The notes below the pieces were generated by a model that worked only from the letters and a program-made list of their open reading frames with translations, made no database searches and was not told the DNA's origin. From assembly GCA_977020255.1 (NCBI GenBank), contig CDROCS010001295.1, positions 62,001-126,000 of the forward strand: a stretch of DNA of 64,000 bases. The letters are read 5' to 3'. How positions within the stretch are numbered: the first letter of the stretch is position 1; each line of letters begins with the position of its first letter. Source of the DNA: Obrimoposthia wandeli. Taxonomy: Eukaryota. Positions 50,945 to 60,634 of this stretch are shown in pieces. Made by a program: the position numbers and the translations under genes.

Positions 50945-51790
50945 ATGAACTGGATCACCGAACACAAAATTCCGATAGGCAGCTGGATGGAAAGCTTAGT
51001 TGATTGGCTTACCGATAACGCTGACTTCATCTTTGATGCTATCTCCGTCACATTAGAATGGCTGATCCTAACGGTAGTAGAGGCATTAATATACCTCCCT
51101 CCTTATGTGCCTATTCTAGCTGCAGGCGCAATCGCTTGGTTTTTACACCGCAGTGTTCCTTTAGTCATTTTTGTGGTGCTGGCACTGTTGCTGATTCTAA
51201 ACTTAGGTTATTGGCAAGAAATGCTTGAGACTTTTGTATTAGTTCTTACCGCCACCTCTATCTCTATTTTATTCGGTGTGCCTATTGGCATAACTGCAGC
51301 ACATAAGCCTTGGCTGTACACTATACTGCGCCCAATATTAGATTTAATGCAAACCATCCCCACTTTTGTCTATCTAATTCCAACCTTAGTCTTATTTGGC
51401 TTAGGTGTAGTACCTGGTCTTATTTCTACTATCATATTTGCCATTGCCGCCCCTATTCGCCTTACCTATTTAGGTATCAGCAAAGTACCCGGCGATTTAG
51501 TTGAAGCAGGTCGCGCCTTTGGGGCAACCCCATTTAAGCTACTTTATAAAGTAGAGCTACCAGCGGCAATGCCAAGCATTATGGCCGGTATTACCCAGTG
51601 CATTATGTTGTCACTTTCTATGGTTGTAATCTCCGCCTTAGTTGGCGCTGATGGCTTAGGCAAACCTGTAGTACGCGCTCTAAACACTGTTAATATCTCT
51701 CAAGGTTTTGAAGCAGGTTTAGCGATTGTATTAGTAGCAATTATTTTAGATAGAATTTGTAAGGCGCCCAACGCCAAAGAGGAAGGATAA
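50945..51790 (+). CDS. choW: Choline ABC transporter permease
   Basis: LRPILDLMQTIPTFVYLIP; EAGRAFGA..LL.KVELPAAMPSIMAG. Confidence 0.9.
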   Translation: MNWITEHKIPIGSWMESLVDWLTDNADFIFDAISVTLEWLILTVVEALIYLPPYVPILAAGAIAWFLHRSVPLVIFVVLALLLILNLGYWQEMLETFVLVLTATSISILFGVPIGITAAHKPWLYTILRPILDLMQTIPTFVYLIPTLVLFGLGVVPGLISTIIFAIAAPIRLTYLGISKVPGDLVEAGRAFGATPFKLLYKVELPAAMPSIMAGITQCIMLSLSMVVISALVGADGLGKPVVRALNTVNISQGFEAGLAIVLVAIILDRICKAPNAKEEG

Positions 51791-51792
51791 AC

Positions 51793-53001
51793 ATGGCCGC
51801 TATTAGTATACAAAACGTCGATGTTATCTTTGGTAAAAAGACTGAAGAATCCTTAGCACTACTCGACCAAGGTAAAACACGACAAGAAATTATAAACATT
51901 ACCGGTGACACGGTAGGTGTGCATAACGCTAGCATTGATATCGAAGAAGGCGAAATTTGTGTTTTGATGGGCCTCTCGGGTTCCGGGAAATCCAGCCTAT
52001 TAAGAGCGGTTAACGGTTTAAATAAAACCAGCCGCGGTAAGCTATTAGTACAAAATGGTACTGAGATGGTTGATGTCGCTAACTGTGATAGCGCTACATT
52101 GCTACATTTGCGCAGCCATCGTATCTCCATGGTGTTTCAAAACTTCGCTTTAATGCCTTGGTTGAACGTAATAGATAACGTCGCTTTCGGTTTGGAAATG
52201 CAAGGGATGAAAAAAGCGCAGCGTCATGAAAAAGCCATGGAACAATTAAAAATGGTCGGCTTAGATCAATGGGCTAAAAAGCTACCTAGCGAACTATCAG
52301 GTGGTATGCAGCAACGCGTTGGTTTAGCTCGTGCCTTCACCATGGATACCGACATTTTATTGATGGATGAGCCCTTCTCTGCACTTGATCCACTGATTCG
52401 TACTCAGCTACAAGATGAATTAATTGAGTTACAGCAAAACTTGAAAAAAACCATTGTTTTTGTAAGCCACGATTTAGATGAAGCGCTAAAAATAGGTAGC
52501 AAAATTGGCATTATGGAATCGGCTAAAATCATTCAATATGATATTCCAGAAAATATAGTACTTAAGCCTGCCAACGCTTATGTACAAGATTTTGTTGCTC
52601 ATACTAATCCGTTAAATGTGCTTAAAGGCCATTCACTTATGACCCTCGTCGCCGATTTAGCTAATAGCGAAGATGGCCTGTGCATTGATGAGATACAGCA
52701 TATTTATCTCTCAATTGACGCTCAACAACACCTGTTGAATGTATGCAAAAATGACAGTACATTAGAGATTCAATACTGTTCACCTGAGCAAGATATTAGT
52801 CAGTTATCAACCACCGGTATCACCTTGGTGCCTGCTGATATTAGTATGCGTCGTGCTATTGAAATTAAGTACCACACCAACTTACCGATCATTCTTGCCG
52901 AGCAAGAAAAAGTATTGGGCGTACTCAACGACAATAGTTTCTATCATGCATTGCTAGGCAAACACTTTCTAACTGATTTCCCAGACACACAAGTGTCATA
53001 A
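51793..53001 (+). CDS. choV: Choline ABC transporter ATP-binding protein
   Basis: GLSGSGKS; LSGGMQQRVGLARA; LLMDEPFSALDP. Confidence 0.9.
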   Translation: MAAISIQNVDVIFGKKTEESLALLDQGKTRQEIINITGDTVGVHNASIDIEEGEICVLMGLSGSGKSSLLRAVNGLNKTSRGKLLVQNGTEMVDVANCDSATLLHLRSHRISMVFQNFALMPWLNVIDNVAFGLEMQGMKKAQRHEKAMEQLKMVGLDQWAKKLPSELSGGMQQRVGLARAFTMDTDILLMDEPFSALDPLIRTQLQDELIELQQNLKKTIVFVSHDLDEALKIGSKIGIMESAKIIQYDIPENIVLKPANAYVQDFVAHTNPLNVLKGHSLMTLVADLANSEDGLCIDEIQHIYLSIDAQQHLLNVCKNDSTLEIQYCSPEQDISQLSTTGITLVPADISMRRAIEIKYHTNLPIILAEQEKVLGVLNDNSFYHALLGKHFLTDFPDTQVS

Positions 53002-53012
53002 AGAAGCCATAA

Positions 53013-53063
53013 AAACTGATGCTTAATACTTAGATTCACCACTTAAGTATTAAGCATCAGTTT
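53013..53063. terminator. 20-bp perfect inverted repeat after choV
   Basis: AAACTGATGCTTAATACTTA-N11-TAAGTATTAAGCATCAGTTT. Confidence 0.7.
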
Positions 53064-53316
53064 CTTTTATCTAGTTCTCAGCTTTTCGCCTCACAACCCT
53101 TCACTACCCCCATCTTGCCTTTGCGCCTCTCTCTTTCTCGTGATTTTTCTGTTTGTTTATCATTTGCATTATTTCTAAAAGCTCGGTTGTCATTTTATAT
53201 ATAAAACATCTTGCATTAGCGACAATAACATGGAAAATCGAAGTAAAATGAATGTTCATTATCAGTATAAATCCCCATCGCTTTACTTTAATAGCTTTAT
53301 TGTCGGAATAAATATC

Positions 53317-54102
53317 ATGATTACAGCACAGCAAATAGAAGATTATCAAACAGATGGCGTAGTAGTATTGCGCGGTGTATTCAAAGATTGGATAAACACT
53401 TTGAACCAGGGTGCCGATCTAAATATAGCCAACCCTAGTGCTAGATCTATCACACATCAATCGGAAAAATATAAGGGGCGATTCTTTGAAGACTTCAGCA
53501 ATTGGCAAGATATCGCGCCTTTTAAACAGTTTGTAGAACAATCGCCGATGGCGGACATTGGCGCGCAGTTAATGCAATCCCAACAAGTACAAATGTTTCA
53601 CGATCACTACTTAGATAAAGCCGCTGTCAGTGGTGTTGCCACACCTTGGCATCAAGATATGCCCTACTACTTTGTAGACGGTATGCAAACCGTTAGCTTT
53701 TGGGTACCACTAGATTCTAGAACCGAACAGGTTTCTTTAAGATGTGTGGCTGGATCTCATTTATGGCCAAAGCTCATTATGCCCACTAAGTGGTCTGGCA
53801 GTGCTGAGTTTTATCCAGGGGATGATAACTTTATGAGTTTACCTGATATTGATAATAGTGATTATGAAATACGCAGCTGGGCAGTAGAACCTGGAGATGT
53901 GGTGGCTTTTAATTTTAAAACCGTACACGGCGCTAATGCAAATAATGTCGACTCTGTTAACCGCACTGTGTCTTTTAGATTAGTTGGCGATGATGCCCGT
54001 TATGTTCAACGCCCGGGGCCTACATCACCAAATTACCCAGGTATCAATCAAACCAGTGGTGAGCGGTTGAGAGAGGATTGGTTTCCGATGCTGCGTAGAT
54101 AG
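53317..54102 (+). CDS. Phytanoyl-CoA dioxygenase (PhyH) family Fe(II)/2-oxoglutarate dioxygenase
   Basis: TPWHQDMPYY (HxD), VSFWVPLD, VEPGDVVAF..KTVHGA, R.VSFR. Start set at ATG 53317 (GGA RBS); the ORF track extends to 53230. Confidence 0.9.
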   Translation: MITAQQIEDYQTDGVVVLRGVFKDWINTLNQGADLNIANPSARSITHQSEKYKGRFFEDFSNWQDIAPFKQFVEQSPMADIGAQLMQSQQVQMFHDHYLDKAAVSGVATPWHQDMPYYFVDGMQTVSFWVPLDSRTEQVSLRCVAGSHLWPKLIMPTKWSGSAEFYPGDDNFMSLPDIDNSDYEIRSWAVEPGDVVAFNFKTVHGANANNVDSVNRTVSFRLVGDDARYVQRPGPTSPNYPGINQTSGERLREDWFPMLRR

Positions 54103-54224
54103 CATTTTTTACCCATGAAAACGTTCGCTGACACGAAGCGGGCGTTGATAATATGTGAGTTATAGGCGATTCCTTAATAGACCTTGTATTCCCTTAATAG
54201 CATTCCCTTAGTAGCATCTATTTT

Positions 54225-54431
54225 CTAGTTGTCAGGCTCTTCCATTTCTTGCAAATCAAAGAATGCATTGGTCGCTGCTAGAATTTCGCCGTTCGCTTCT
54301 TTTAATATTTTTTCCTCTTGAATGACAGCAGCCTGCAAGTCTTCAAGTTTCTTCTGCGATGTCTTAAACCTTCCTATCGCTAGTTGTAGTATTTTATCCG
54401 CAGCTTCTATTTTTTCATGATGATTTTGCAT
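54225..54431 (-). CDS. Small coiled-coil protein (68 aa), unknown function
   Basis: Strong GAAGGAG RBS; heptad-like K/E/Q-rich sequence. Confidence 0.6.
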   Translation of the reverse strand: MQNHHEKIEAADKILQLAIGRFKTSQKKLEDLQAAVIQEEKILKEANGEILAATNAFFDLQEMEEPDN

Positions 54432-54464
54432 TACTTTGACTCCTTCATATTAAATATTGGCTCA

Positions 54465-54720
54465 CTCTGGTTGCGAGCGCTAAGTTTACCGAGTTACGGG
54501 ATAATATCTGATTTTATTGGTGAACAGCATAAATGATCATCTTTAAAGTACATATTACCCAAAAGAAATCATGCACGATGCGCCCTTCGCTCACGTCAGG
54601 TATGTGGTTTGTTATCGTGACTCACAAGAAACAATACTCGAAAGAGGCGTTAATGCTAACCCAGCTACACTTAATCGATGGATTACTACTGCATCAAAAA
54701 GATCTAGTATTAAAGAATAA
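54465..54720 (+). mobile_element. IS6-family insertion sequence remnant (left end + frameshifted transposase 5' fragment)
   Basis: MIIFKVH|fs|YPKEIMHDAPFAHVRYVVCYRDSQETILERGVNANPATLNRW aligns in register with the IS26-type ...DIILWAVRWYCKYGISYRELQEMLAERGVNVDHSTIYRW; IR-like CTCTGGTTGCGA at 54465. Confidence 0.75.
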
Positions 54721-54841
54721 TAGTAAAGTGATCTATTAGCATTTATCTTTGCGTTTAAATCCATACGAAGTTGCCTTTATTCATTCAGCAAAAATACATA
54801 TAAACGTATTAAAATAAGTCCTTTATTAAAGAAATTTTCAA

Positions 54842-56263
54842 TTAACTATTATGCTTAAGTAGGTGCGGTTTCGTTAGCAGTTTTCTCATAAATAAGTAGG
54901 TATATCCGCCGACTAATATCGATGCGATTAGGTCAATCGCTGGGAAAGTCCACCAGATGCCTGGTACCCCAAAGTTTTCTGAAAATACCCATAATACCGG
55001 TAACAGCAAAATATAAGTGCGAAATGCATTCAGCAGTGCCGCTGGTTTTGCAAAACCTAGTGCTTGAAATAAAGCAGGACACATCATACCAATTCCAACT
55101 GTCACAAACCCTATAAACACGACACTAGATATGCTACTTGCCGCTGTAATTAACGCTTGGTCTTGCGTAAACAGCTGAAACAACCAATGGGATTTATAGA
55201 TCATTAGCGCAGACCAAAAGAGCGCATACACTGCACTGGTAAAAATAGCGATTTTTAAGGATTGGTTGACTCTTTGGTATTGCTTAGCGCCATAATTAAA
55301 TCCTGCAAATGTCTGAAACGCAATCATCATGCCTAGCACAGGAAGAAATATCAGCATAAAAGTGCGGTTGAAAACACCATGCCCACTAATGAGTAAATCA
55401 GCTTCATCGCCCGCTACGTTGACAATGGCAAAGTTTACCGCTGCCAACATAACCGCATAGCCGGTATAAGATAAGAAAATAGGCACACCTAAAGATAGCG
55501 CTTGTTTGTTATATTGCCAGTGCCATTTAAATTGCGCCATTTCAAACTGAATACGGTGCTCGCTAGTTAATAGAATTTTAATAGAGTAAGCAAACGAAAT
55601 CGCGATAGCCAATACTGTTGCCCAAGCAGCGCCAGCCACACCCCATTCAAAAACAAACAAGAACAGTGCATCAAACACAATATTCAAAATCGAAGAGAGC
55701 GCCATCACTTTCATCATTTGTATGGCTTTGCCTTCAGCTCTAAAAGCATCTGACACGATACCACTACAAAAACTCAGCGAGCTAAACAAAGCAATAGGCA
55801 CGATATACTCAATCGCATAGGCTTGAAGGGCTGGGGGTAATCGAATTAATTGAAATATTTCAACTTTGAAGACTAAGATGAAAAAACTACTGATTATTCC
55901 CACGATAAATGCAAAAAATAACGCGCTACTAAACACCGCATTAGCGTGATGATGATGACCTGCACCTAACTGACGAGATAAAACAGAAGCCATCCCACCG
56001 GCCATCATCGCACTAATGCTAATAAGTACCATATGCACAGGAAAGGCCGCCGATACACCACCTATCGCCTGTGTACCAACAGCTCTTGCAATAAATATAG
56101 CGTCCACAAAATTATATAAACCATTCACGAGTAAGCCAACAATGATTGGAATTGCCATTTTTATAAAAAGCTTAAATACCGGTGCGGCTAACATTTCACT
56201 GGGCTTGGTTTCATTTTCATCACCCTCTATTGTTGAGGAAACTTCAGTTATAGACTTTGTCAT
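54842..56263 (-). CDS. MATE family efflux transporter
   Basis: NGLYNFVDAIFIA; FRAEGKA; NIVFDALF.FVFEWGVAGAAWAT; GFNYGAKQYQRV; about 12 TM helices. Confidence 0.94.
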   Translation of the reverse strand: MTKSITEVSSTIEGDENETKPSEMLAAPVFKLFIKMAIPIIVGLLVNGLYNFVDAIFIARAVGTQAIGGVSAAFPVHMVLISISAMMAGGMASVLSRQLGAGHHHHANAVFSSALFFAFIVGIISSFFILVFKVEIFQLIRLPPALQAYAIEYIVPIALFSSLSFCSGIVSDAFRAEGKAIQMMKVMALSSILNIVFDALFLFVFEWGVAGAAWATVLAIAISFAYSIKILLTSEHRIQFEMAQFKWHWQYNKQALSLGVPIFLSYTGYAVMLAAVNFAIVNVAGDEADLLISGHGVFNRTFMLIFLPVLGMMIAFQTFAGFNYGAKQYQRVNQSLKIAIFTSAVYALFWSALMIYKSHWLFQLFTQDQALITAASSISSVVFIGFVTVGIGMMCPALFQALGFAKPAALLNAFRTYILLLPVLWVFSENFGVPGIWWTFPAIDLIASILVGGYTYLFMRKLLTKPHLLKHNS

Positions 56264-56623
56264 CAGCTATCACTTTAATAATATTTTAGGGGTAATAAAT
56301 ATTGGGTTGGTAATGTTGTAAACATTTACATCCAACATACTCAATAAAAAGGAATATGCAAAGATAATGGATGTATTAAAAGGGTTAAATATTACAAGTA
56401 TTCAGTTAACGTTGAAACCGTTACCAATTGAATTTTAAAATCACTTTAGAAAAGTGCCCTTTGTTAATAAATGTTTGTTCTTGCTATTCTTTATCTATTA
56501 TCTCTTGAGCTAGCTTTTTTTAAGCTTAAGCCATATTAATCCAATTTATTGCAGCGACCTTTTGCACGGCTGAACTGATGAGAATCTTTAGATTACGTCG
56601 CCTTACACCAGTACTGTGTATGT

Positions 56624-56858
56624 AATGAAACGCTAAGCTGAGGAGTAGAACAAGAAGAGGTTATCGCTTTCTTTTTTAAAACCACACTCTGCACTAATGC
56701 CAATAATAATGGCAGCGTAAATCATATTATGTGGTTTAGATTAGTTGCGATGATGCACGTTATATAAAATGCCGAAGCCGACATCAGATTACTTTGGTAT
56801 CAATCAAAGCAATCGTGAGCGTTTTGCAGAGGATTGGTTTCCAACTATTCGCAGTAAG
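56624..56858 (+). pseudogene. Decayed second copy of the phyH 3' end
   Basis: NETLS*GVEQEEVIAFFFKT...WFRLV|fs|DDARYIK...PTSDYFGINQSNRERFAEDWFP vs intact YEIRSWAVEPGDVVAFNFKT...SFRLVGDDARYVQ...PTSPNYPGINQTSGERLREDWFP. May extend slightly further 5'. Confidence 0.85.
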
Positions 56859-56944
56859 TGTCTGCTTGTAGCTTGTCGTATTCTTTCTTCCAGCTTGTAT
56901 TCACGGCTAACTCTATAAATATTAACCGCAAATACAGTAAATGT

Positions 56945-57988
56945 TTAGCTTAACGAATCAGGCCCAACACGAATCATCAATTTGCCAAAGTTTTTACCTT
57001 CCAACAAACCGATAAAAGCATCAATGCTATTCTCAAGTCCGTCAACAATGTGCTCTTTTGCTTTTATTTCACCGTTGCTTAGCCACTTAGCCATTTGCTG
57101 ACTAAACTCACCATAGCGATCCCCGTAATCATCAAATACGATAAATCCTTGCATCTTAATACGCTTAACTAGCAAGTTACCCATCAGTAATGACAAGCGA
57201 TCAGGGCCTTCTGGCAGCTCTGTCGCATTGTATTGTGAAATAAGGCCGCATACAGGTACACGTGCACTGCTATTAAGTAATGGCAACACTGCATCAAACA
57301 CTTTACCGCCAACATTTTCAAAATAAACATCAATGCCTGCTATCGCCACATTTGCCAACTGCTCGGCTAAATCATCTGCTTTATGATCAATACAATGATC
57401 AAAGCCAAGTACATCAACCGCGTATTGGCATTTTTCAGCGCCACCGGCAATACCGATAACTTTACAGCCTTGAAGCTTAGCAATTTGCCCAACTAAACTA
57501 CCCACTGCGCCAGTAGCCGCCGCAACCACAACGGTTTCACCTGCCTTTGGCTGCCCTATATCAAGCAACCCCATATACGCCGTTAGTCCAGGCATTCCCA
57601 TTACGCCTAGTGCTTGAGAAGGACTTGCCATATCAGCGGCTAATTTTAGTAAACCTGTGCCATCAGAGATAGCATAATCCTGCCAGCCATTACCTGCCAA
57701 CACCCAATCTCCTACTGCGAAATCTGCATTATTAGATTGCGCGACTCTACAAACCGTACCACCAACCATTACTTCATCTAACTGTACTGGATCTGCGTAA
57801 GATTTTGCATCGCTCATACGCCCGCGCATATAAGGATCTAGGGATAAGTACACAGTACGTAATAATACCTCGCCCTCTTTAGCGATTGGCATCTCGTTGT
57901 TTTCTAACCTAAAGTTACTTGCAACAGGTGCACCATAAGGGCGCGATGCTAACAACATTTGGCGATTGATATTTGCTGATTGTGTCAT
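56945..57988 (-). CDS. NADP-dependent oxidoreductase (CurA/YncB, PTGR-like MDR family)
   Basis: YLSLDPYMRGRM; GMPGLTAY.GL; VVAAATGAVGS; NVGGK; GKNFGK. Start set at ATG 57988 (AGGA RBS). Confidence 0.92.
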   Translation of the reverse strand: MTQSANINRQMLLASRPYGAPVASNFRLENNEMPIAKEGEVLLRTVYLSLDPYMRGRMSDAKSYADPVQLDEVMVGGTVCRVAQSNNADFAVGDWVLAGNGWQDYAISDGTGLLKLAADMASPSQALGVMGMPGLTAYMGLLDIGQPKAGETVVVAAATGAVGSLVGQIAKLQGCKVIGIAGGAEKCQYAVDVLGFDHCIDHKADDLAEQLANVAIAGIDVYFENVGGKVFDAVLPLLNSSARVPVCGLISQYNATELPEGPDRLSLLMGNLLVKRIKMQGFIVFDDYGDRYGEFSQQMAKWLSNGEIKAKEHIVDGLENSIDAFIGLLEGKNFGKLMIRVGPDSLS

Positions 57989-58035
57989 GTTTATTCCTAA
58001 CTTATTCATGTAAAATGCGGACAATAACTGCTTGA

Positions 58036-58722
58036 TTAGCCATTAACATGCGCTAGCAATTTTTGTGCAACTAAAGCAGAACTGGCCGGGTTTTGACCTG
58101 ATATAATAAGACCATCTTGCACAGCAAATGCATGCCAATCCTCTGCTTTTTGAAAGTCAGCCCCAAGACTATTGAATTCATCTTCTAATAAAAATGGAAC
58201 TATATCAGTAAGTTGCACAGCTGCTTCTTCGCTATTGGTAAAACCTGTTACCGCTTTACCTTTAAGCACAGATTCGCCATTAGCTTCCTTAACGTTTAAT
58301 AACGCAGCACTAGCATGGCATACCGTACCAACCGCTTTATCGGCTTTTAAAAAGCTATTAATTAGCGCGATTGAATCACTACTTTCAGTTAAATCCCAAA
58401 GTGGCCCATGCCCGCCTGGATAAAACACAGCATCGAAATCGCCTTGCTGTTGCGCTGATAAGAGCTGCGTATTTGCAACTTGCGCTTGTGCCGTTGTATC
58501 TAGATCAAACCTTCTAGTGGCATCCGTTTGAAAATCAGCTAACTTACTACTCGGGTCAATAGGCGCTTGCCCACCTTTAGGTGTTGCCAACGTTACCTCA
58601 ACACCAGCATCGATAAAAGCATAGTAAGGCGAGGCAAACTCCTCGATCCAAAATCCAGTTTTGTTGCCCGTGTTACCTAATTGATCATGTGAAGTTAATA
58701 CCATTAATATTTTCTTAGTCAT
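58036..58722 (-). CDS. DJ-1/PfpI (type 1 glutamine amidotransferase-like) protein
   Basis: TGFWIEEFASPYY; FYPGGHGPLWDL; nucleophile elbow VCHA; SGQNPASS. Confidence 0.92.
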   Translation of the reverse strand: MTKKILMVLTSHDQLGNTGNKTGFWIEEFASPYYAFIDAGVEVTLATPKGGQAPIDPSSKLADFQTDATRRFDLDTTAQAQVANTQLLSAQQQGDFDAVFYPGGHGPLWDLTESSDSIALINSFLKADKAVGTVCHASAALLNVKEANGESVLKGKAVTGFTNSEEAAVQLTDIVPFLLEDEFNSLGADFQKAEDWHAFAVQDGLIISGQNPASSALVAQKLLAHVNG

Positions 58723-58886
58723 CGTGTAATTCCTTTAACTTTTAGCATGCCTTGAACAGCGCATTCATAGGTGAATTTGATAAAGCTAGTATAGGCTTAT
58801 TTAAAACAGCCAACAATGCAGATAAATTTGACTTAATTAGTCAAATAATTGATACAATTAATTTAATTTTTTTCTCTGGTAACTTT

Positions 58887-59804
58887 ATGGATATTTCATT
58901 TGAACAGCTCAAAAGCATGGTGGTTTTTGCGCAAGTTATAGAGCAAGGTAGCTTAAGTGCCGCCGCCAAGCACCTAGGTTTATCGCGTGCGGTGGTTAGT
59001 TATCATTTAAAGAAACTGGAAGCGCAACTTGAAGTAAAATTACTTAACAGAACTACGCGCTCAATAAGCCTTACTGATGTTGGTAAAGCTTACTATCAAC
59101 GCTGTCGCGCTATTGCTGAGCAAGCGAGCGCTGCTAATCAGCAAATTGAAAATTTGAAAAGTGAAGTAGTGGGTTTATTAAAGATAAGCTGCCCTGTGAA
59201 TGTTGGTTTGCAAACGATTGTTCCGGCGCTCAGTGAGTTTAAAAAACTCTATCCTAAAATCGAAATAGATATCAATTTAACCGATGAAGTGGTCAATATC
59301 ATGAAGGATGGCATCGACTTAGCCATACGCGGTGCACCTTTAGCTGATTCTGGATTACAAGCCAGTAAATTGGCAACGCTCACCACTTGCCTGTGCGGTG
59401 CACCTGAATACTTTATTAAACACGGCCACCCTAAAACCCCCGCTGATTTAGCGAAGCACCAATGGGTTATTTACAAGCTGACATCAGGCGTGCTGAGTTT
59501 AAGCAAAGGTAGCCGCTCTTTCAGCGTTGCCACAAAAGGTTCTATCATTACTAATAATGCAGCTGCACGTACTGCTTTCGTACAAGCTGGGCATGGTTTA
59601 GGGCGAATTCCAAAATATGATGCTTGGCCGAAAATTCAAGCAGGGACTTTAGAAACAATTTTGGATGATTACTCGCTAAGTGATATCAATGTATACGGCG
59701 TATTCCCACCGGGTACCGCCAATACTAAAAAGCTGCGCTTACTGCTAAATTTCTTAAAAGAATATTTCGTGCGCCAACTACATTCAGAAATAAATAATGT
59801 ATAG
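58887..59804 (+). CDS. LysR family transcriptional regulator
   Basis: FAQVIEQGSLSAAAKHLGLSRAVVSYHLKKLE..L.VKLLNRTTR; divergent from the DJ-1/CurA operon. Start set at ATG 58887. Confidence 0.93.
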   Translation: MDISFEQLKSMVVFAQVIEQGSLSAAAKHLGLSRAVVSYHLKKLEAQLEVKLLNRTTRSISLTDVGKAYYQRCRAIAEQASAANQQIENLKSEVVGLLKISCPVNVGLQTIVPALSEFKKLYPKIEIDINLTDEVVNIMKDGIDLAIRGAPLADSGLQASKLATLTTCLCGAPEYFIKHGHPKTPADLAKHQWVIYKLTSGVLSLSKGSRSFSVATKGSIITNNAAARTAFVQAGHGLGRIPKYDAWPKIQAGTLETILDDYSLSDINVYGVFPPGTANTKKLRLLLNFLKEYFVRQLHSEINNV

Positions 59805-59835
59805 CTGACTATGCTTCCTACTCATAGTCAGAAGT

Positions 59836-60581
59836 TCAGAATGCTAATGCAGCTACTTTTTCATTTAAATAATCTATGATAGAAGCTTTGATGAACTTGG
59901 TTCTTGAGCTTGCCGGTGAGTAAGCATTCACACAAAAATAGAGCGTCTCGTATACCGCTTCCTGTAAAGGATGGATTGTAATTAAAGTTTGGTCAACAAA
60001 ACTTTTCGCCGCATGCAGTGGTAAAACAGTAAAGCCTAGCCCATAGCTCACTGGCTGGCATATTAAGCTAATTTGATTGGAAAACCCTTTCAAGGGAAAC
60101 TGGTTAACGACTACAATAACTGCGATGATAAATCCGGATCCAACTCCATTAAACACTCCCAATCAACGTTCGCATTGCTGGTGCAATGTGCTGACGATTA
60201 AATATTATCTAACTTACTCAGCTCAATCACCCGCTTTCTGGTGATGAGATCTGTATTCTATATATCTGTCAAATAAATAATCGACAATTAAACCATTGCA
60301 GCATTTGCAAACGGGTAGAGCTTCAAACCTATGCTGCCAGGTGATGCAATACTAATAACGCCTTGGTACTCACGATTGTTCTAGCCATTGAGAGCACAGC
60401 TTCGCCCTTTGTTGATAACCTGCATCTGGAATGATTTCAGTAACTACCGCTAACTGCTTGCCCAGTTTTTTATGTGCTGACTAACACCAGATTGCGTCAT
60501 AAATAATTGCTGGGCTGTCAAAGTAAAATGCTCTATCTCTACAAGCTTGCAAAAAGTGTTAAGCCAAAGTTGATTAATCAT
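59836..60581 (-). pseudogene. Frameshifted/deleted LysR-family regulator
   Basis: ATG 60581: [38 protein letters not shown], then a -1 frameshift in an A-run; later fragments SPGSIGLKLYP and GFSNQISLICQPVSYGLGFTVLP in different frames; several stops; 746 bp versus about 900 bp expected. Confidence 0.88.
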
Positions 60582-60634
60582 GTTTTCACCACAGTCCTTA
60601 TAATTAGCACATTACTTATTCAAGGGGCAATGTT

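Noticed and set aside
53104-53349. 81-aa minus-strand ORF between choV and phyH
   Set aside because: It overlaps the phyH 5' region on the opposite strand, has no RBS or recognisable motif, and is likely spurious.
54533-54739. 68-aa plus-strand ORF as a real protein
   Set aside because: Only its first ~7 codons are in the transposase frame; the rest is an off-frame reading of the IS6 remnant.
59836-60162. 108-aa minus-strand ORF as a stand-alone membrane protein
   Set aside because: It is the C-terminal fragment of the LysR pseudogene (GFSNQISL...GLGFTVLP).
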